Positions 61,226 to 64,000 of a stretch of 64,000 nt of DNA are shown here, piece by piece. The translations under genes and the position numbers were made by a program. The stretch is from assembly GCA_028344335.1 (NCBI GenBank), contig JAOMAZ010000002.1, forward strand, positions 380-64,379. Reading direction: 5' to 3'. The stretch comes from Deltaproteobacteria bacterium (GTDB taxonomy: Archaea; Thermoplasmatota; Poseidoniia; Poseidoniales; Poseidoniaceae). Position 1 is the first letter of the stretch; every line of letters starts with the position of its first letter. The notes under the pieces are model-generated. The model was not told where the DNA came from. It was given only the letters and a program-made list of their open reading frames with translations, and did no database searches.

Positions 61226-62137
61226 ATGGGAGAACTACTCTACTCTGGAAAAGTCAAGCAAGTTTGGTCTACTGACGATTCAAATGTCATTGAATTTAGG
61301 TATACCGACCAAATTTCGGTATTTGATCAGATTATCCCAAGCCTAATTCCACGAAAAGGTGAGAGTCTAAATCGTGCTTCTTGTCATTGGCTGAAAATGG
61401 TAGAAGATGAAGGAATATGCGAGACTCATCTAATCGAGATGAATGCACCAGATAGGGTCTTAGCACGACGCTTCGATGTCATTCGTGAAGCCGGAGCAAT
61501 ACCTTCAGACATGGAAAATGTATTTGTTCCATTGGAAGTAATCTGCCGACATTACCTTGCAGGTGGAGGCTGGAGAAGGTATGCCCGTGGTGAAGTTGGA
61601 GCCGAAGAGTTTGGCTTTGAGGCTGGCACAGTTCTAGAAGAGGGAGTGAAACTTCCAGTGCCCTATCTAGAGGTTTCAACTAAATTCGAAGTCTTTGACC
61701 GCTTGCTAACAACTGAAGAGGCCCTTCAAATTTCTAACTTGAGTCTTGAAGAATTTGAAGCGATAAAAGAAATCGTTCTAAAAATAGATCAATTAATCGA
61801 AAGAGAAGCGGGAAAAAGAGGTTTGATTCATGTTGATGGAAAGAAGGAATTTGCCTTAGGCCCTAACAGAATCCCTGTGCTCGTAGATAGTTTTGGCACC
61901 CTTGATGAAGACCGTTGGTGGGATAAAAAAGAACATGATAACGGCGAAATAGTTCAATTATCAAAAGAATTTGTCAGGAGTCATTACTTAGGAAGTGGCC
62001 ACCATACTCAATTATCCAAGGCTCGAAATGAAGGAGGCGAAGAACCTCCAATCCCCGCATTGCCTCAATCTATGATTGATAGAACTGCTGATTTGTACGC
62101 CTCGATGTTCGAAAGGTTGACCGGCGAGGAATTCTAA
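61226..62137 (+). CDS. purC: Phosphoribosylaminoimidazole-succinocarboxamide synthase
   Basis: LLYSGKVK, TDQISVFD, PLEVICR, VDGKKEF, DSFGTLDEDRWW, LSKEFVR. Confidence 0.95.
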   Translation: MGELLYSGKVKQVWSTDDSNVIEFRYTDQISVFDQIIPSLIPRKGESLNRASCHWLKMVEDEGICETHLIEMNAPDRVLARRFDVIREAGAIPSDMENVFVPLEVICRHYLAGGGWRRYARGEVGAEEFGFEAGTVLEEGVKLPVPYLEVSTKFEVFDRLLTTEEALQISNLSLEEFEAIKEIVLKIDQLIEREAGKRGLIHVDGKKEFALGPNRIPVLVDSFGTLDEDRWWDKKEHDNGEIVQLSKEFVRSHYLGSGHHTQLSKARNEGGEEPPIPALPQSMIDRTADLYASMFERLTGEEF

Positions 62138-62144
62138 AATCCTC

Positions 62145-62783
62145 TCAACCATGTCTGCGAAAGACAATCCCCCAACCTCTTGAGTGAGCACTACGCAAGA
62201 TCATCATCAGGTGCTTGACAACCTCCATGACACCTCCGTCATATAATTCATGAGAAGAAACCCCCCAAGGTGATTTTTGTAATTCTTGGCGGAGAATTGA
62301 TACTTCATCTGCAGATAGCCAACCTCTTAATTCCAAGCCACCAAAGCCCCTTCCGAAACGGGAATGTCCGAGTTGTTCTTCGCTAAGACATCCTTGCAAT
62401 TTACTCAAAAGAGTGAGGATTTCAGAGCCGTCTTCCTGAACTAAGTAGTCCTCTAAGTAGGTCAGCGGAGAGCCATCAGAACTTGGATATCTGCCCAACT
62501 TCTCTCGCGCTCGGCCTTTGTCAAGGGATTCCATGCTTCCGTCGTCCTTCCTAATACTAGACAAGACCCAGAGTAAAGTTGCATTATCCCAAGATAAGTC
62601 GCTTCGAGATGAAATATCTTTCTGGCCTTCAGAAGCTAAACGCTTTGAAACTTCATTATTTTTTCTGATTAAATCCCTGAATGAGTTATCATCATCACTT
62701 TGAAGGGATGAAATTAATTGCGAAAAGATATCACTTTCGATTGCATCGAAAGTATAGAATGCCTGAGTATTGCCACTTGCCAT
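62145..62783 (-). CDS. Hypothetical protein
   Basis: 212-aa ORF filling the gap; no recognised motif. Confidence 0.65.
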   Translation of the reverse strand: MASGNTQAFYTFDAIESDIFSQLISSLQSDDDNSFRDLIRKNNEVSKRLASEGQKDISSRSDLSWDNATLLWVLSSIRKDDGSMESLDKGRAREKLGRYPSSDGSPLTYLEDYLVQEDGSEILTLLSKLQGCLSEEQLGHSRFGRGFGGLELRGWLSADEVSILRQELQKSPWGVSSHELYDGGVMEVVKHLMMILRSAHSRGWGIVFRRHG

Positions 62784-62813
62784 TTCAAAACCCCGAGATA
62801 TTTGATCAAGTTC

Positions 62814-63998
62814 TCAATCTATGCCTCTGCGTGAAAACATGTCTTCTATTCTCTGCTCAATATCACCATCATTGTCCTTTGCAACTTCCTCTCTTGCAGA
62901 GGCACGTAATTGCTTAATGCGGTCTCTAATATCCGTACCTAATTGTGGAGATTCTTCCACAATCTCTTCTTGGATCTCTTCTCCCTCATTTTGTTCTTCC
63001 ACATCAGTGCTTGGTAATACAGATACTTTGTCTTCTGATTCAAGATACAATCCTTGGTCGATATTTTCGCTATTAATTGGGCTAGGTATCTCAATAGTCG
63101 GGGTTTTCTTTTCTTGGATTGATTTTCCTCCATCCTCATCGGAACTAATTTTTGAGGCTGAAGGCAGAAGCAGCCCTGCCCACCAAAGACCAACCAACAC
63201 TAAGATGGCGATGCCGCTACTCCAAATTATTCCAGACTCAACAATTTCAGTAGTTTCCATTTTTGATAAAACGATGAATGCAGAATCATCTGAGGCATCA
63301 TCATCTACATCATAAGGAGCATCACAGAATAATGTCGCAATTACCTTTTCACCATCACTGACAGGAGGTCTATCTAGGTCGAGTATCGGAACGTGGTCTG
63401 ATGAAACTAAATCTATGGACCAGATTCCACTCCATCCTGAGGTGTTTAATTGCAACCAGCAATCAATATTCTCCAACACTTGTTCATTGCTTCTAGATAA
63501 GCCAATTCTAAGGTCCCCCGAATCCAATTCATTTAGGTAAGAAACCCCAATATTCCAGCCACTTGCACTGATCGAAATTCCTTCCTCATCACTTGATAGA
63601 GTTCTACCGTGTGAATCTACCAGTTTAATCTGTAAATTGTGCTTACCTGGAATCGCTTCCCAATTTGATGAAGTGATATTAATGATCAACGAATCATCAA
63701 TAGGTGCGTTGAAAGTTGATGAGTGAATTATTTCCCCTGATTTTGTAGATAAAATAATTGTAGCACTCATACTTGAACTACCATTCTGAATAGTACAACT
63801 GGCTAAAGTAGCACTGCCATTATGGGTTGGTTTCCCGAGTGTAGCAGCAACTGAAGAAATAATCACACATGAGACTCCCCGATTATTTAGGGGAATGGAC
63901 TCAATATGCAGGGGCAACTCTTCAGATGAATCCGAATTGACGACACTCGCAGTTAGGTCTGTTGAAGCCGAAGGAATTGTCAACCACCATACACTTCC
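62814..63998 (-). CDS. C-terminal part of a single-pass surface protein (start beyond the window)
   Basis: Beta-rich ectodomain, TM IIWSSGIAILVLVGLWWAGLLL, acidic tail; frame stays open to the window edge. Confidence 0.7.
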   Translation of the reverse strand, partial: GSVWWLTIPSASTDLTASVVNSDSSEELPLHIESIPLNNRGVSCVIISSVAATLGKPTHNGSATLASCTIQNGSSSMSATIILSTKSGEIIHSSTFNAPIDDSLIINITSSNWEAIPGKHNLQIKLVDSHGRTLSSDEEGISISASGWNIGVSYLNELDSGDLRIGLSRSNEQVLENIDCWLQLNTSGWSGIWSIDLVSSDHVPILDLDRPPVSDGEKVIATLFCDAPYDVDDDASDDSAFIVLSKMETTEIVESGIIWSSGIAILVLVGLWWAGLLLPSASKISSDEDGGKSIQEKKTPTIEIPSPINSENIDQGLYLESEDKVSVLPSTDVEEQNEGEEIQEEIVEESPQLGTDIRDRIKQLRASAREEVAKDNDGDIEQRIEDMFSRRGID

Positions 63999-64000
63999 AT

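Noticed and set aside
62821..63315. 164-aa Ser-rich plus-strand ORF, and similar antisense ORFs elsewhere
   Set aside because: These are mirror frames of acidic genes on the opposite strand.

Overview
Gene-dense archaeal chromosomal segment, most consistent with Marine Group II Thermoplasmatota (Ca. Poseidoniales). This assignment is an inference from archaeal-type S15, aIF6, Rpp21, ArcS, type II GAPDH and GluRS, a 23S-5S rRNA pair with no linked 16S, and many large acidic surface proteins. It holds about 41 CDS plus 23S and 5S rRNA genes. The left third is a cell-surface region: Ig-like membrane proteins, a wHTH-STAND-TPR regulator, three pilin-like genes and a ~1900-aa Ca-binding repeat protein. 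The rest mixes housekeeping genes (dnaJ, arcS, rps15, gltX, rnhB, pheT, gap, adk, rnp4, eif6, purC) with further single-pass surface proteins, including a 1.6-kaa S8 protease. The main leads are: (1) a shared cytoplasmic C-terminal motif, PVPxxGLPxGWTxxQWxHYGxxWL, on two otherwise unrelated surface proteins, a possible sorting or docking system; (2) a non-canonical TATA-like TT[GC]A[AT]N box 27-31 nt before a dozen start codons; (3) a complete bulge-helix-bulge processing stem around the 23S gene and unusual peptidyl-transferase-centre bases; (4) several odd fusions or pseudo-enzymes. I saw no tRNA, CRISPR array or mobile element. All calls are by eye; no database search was run.
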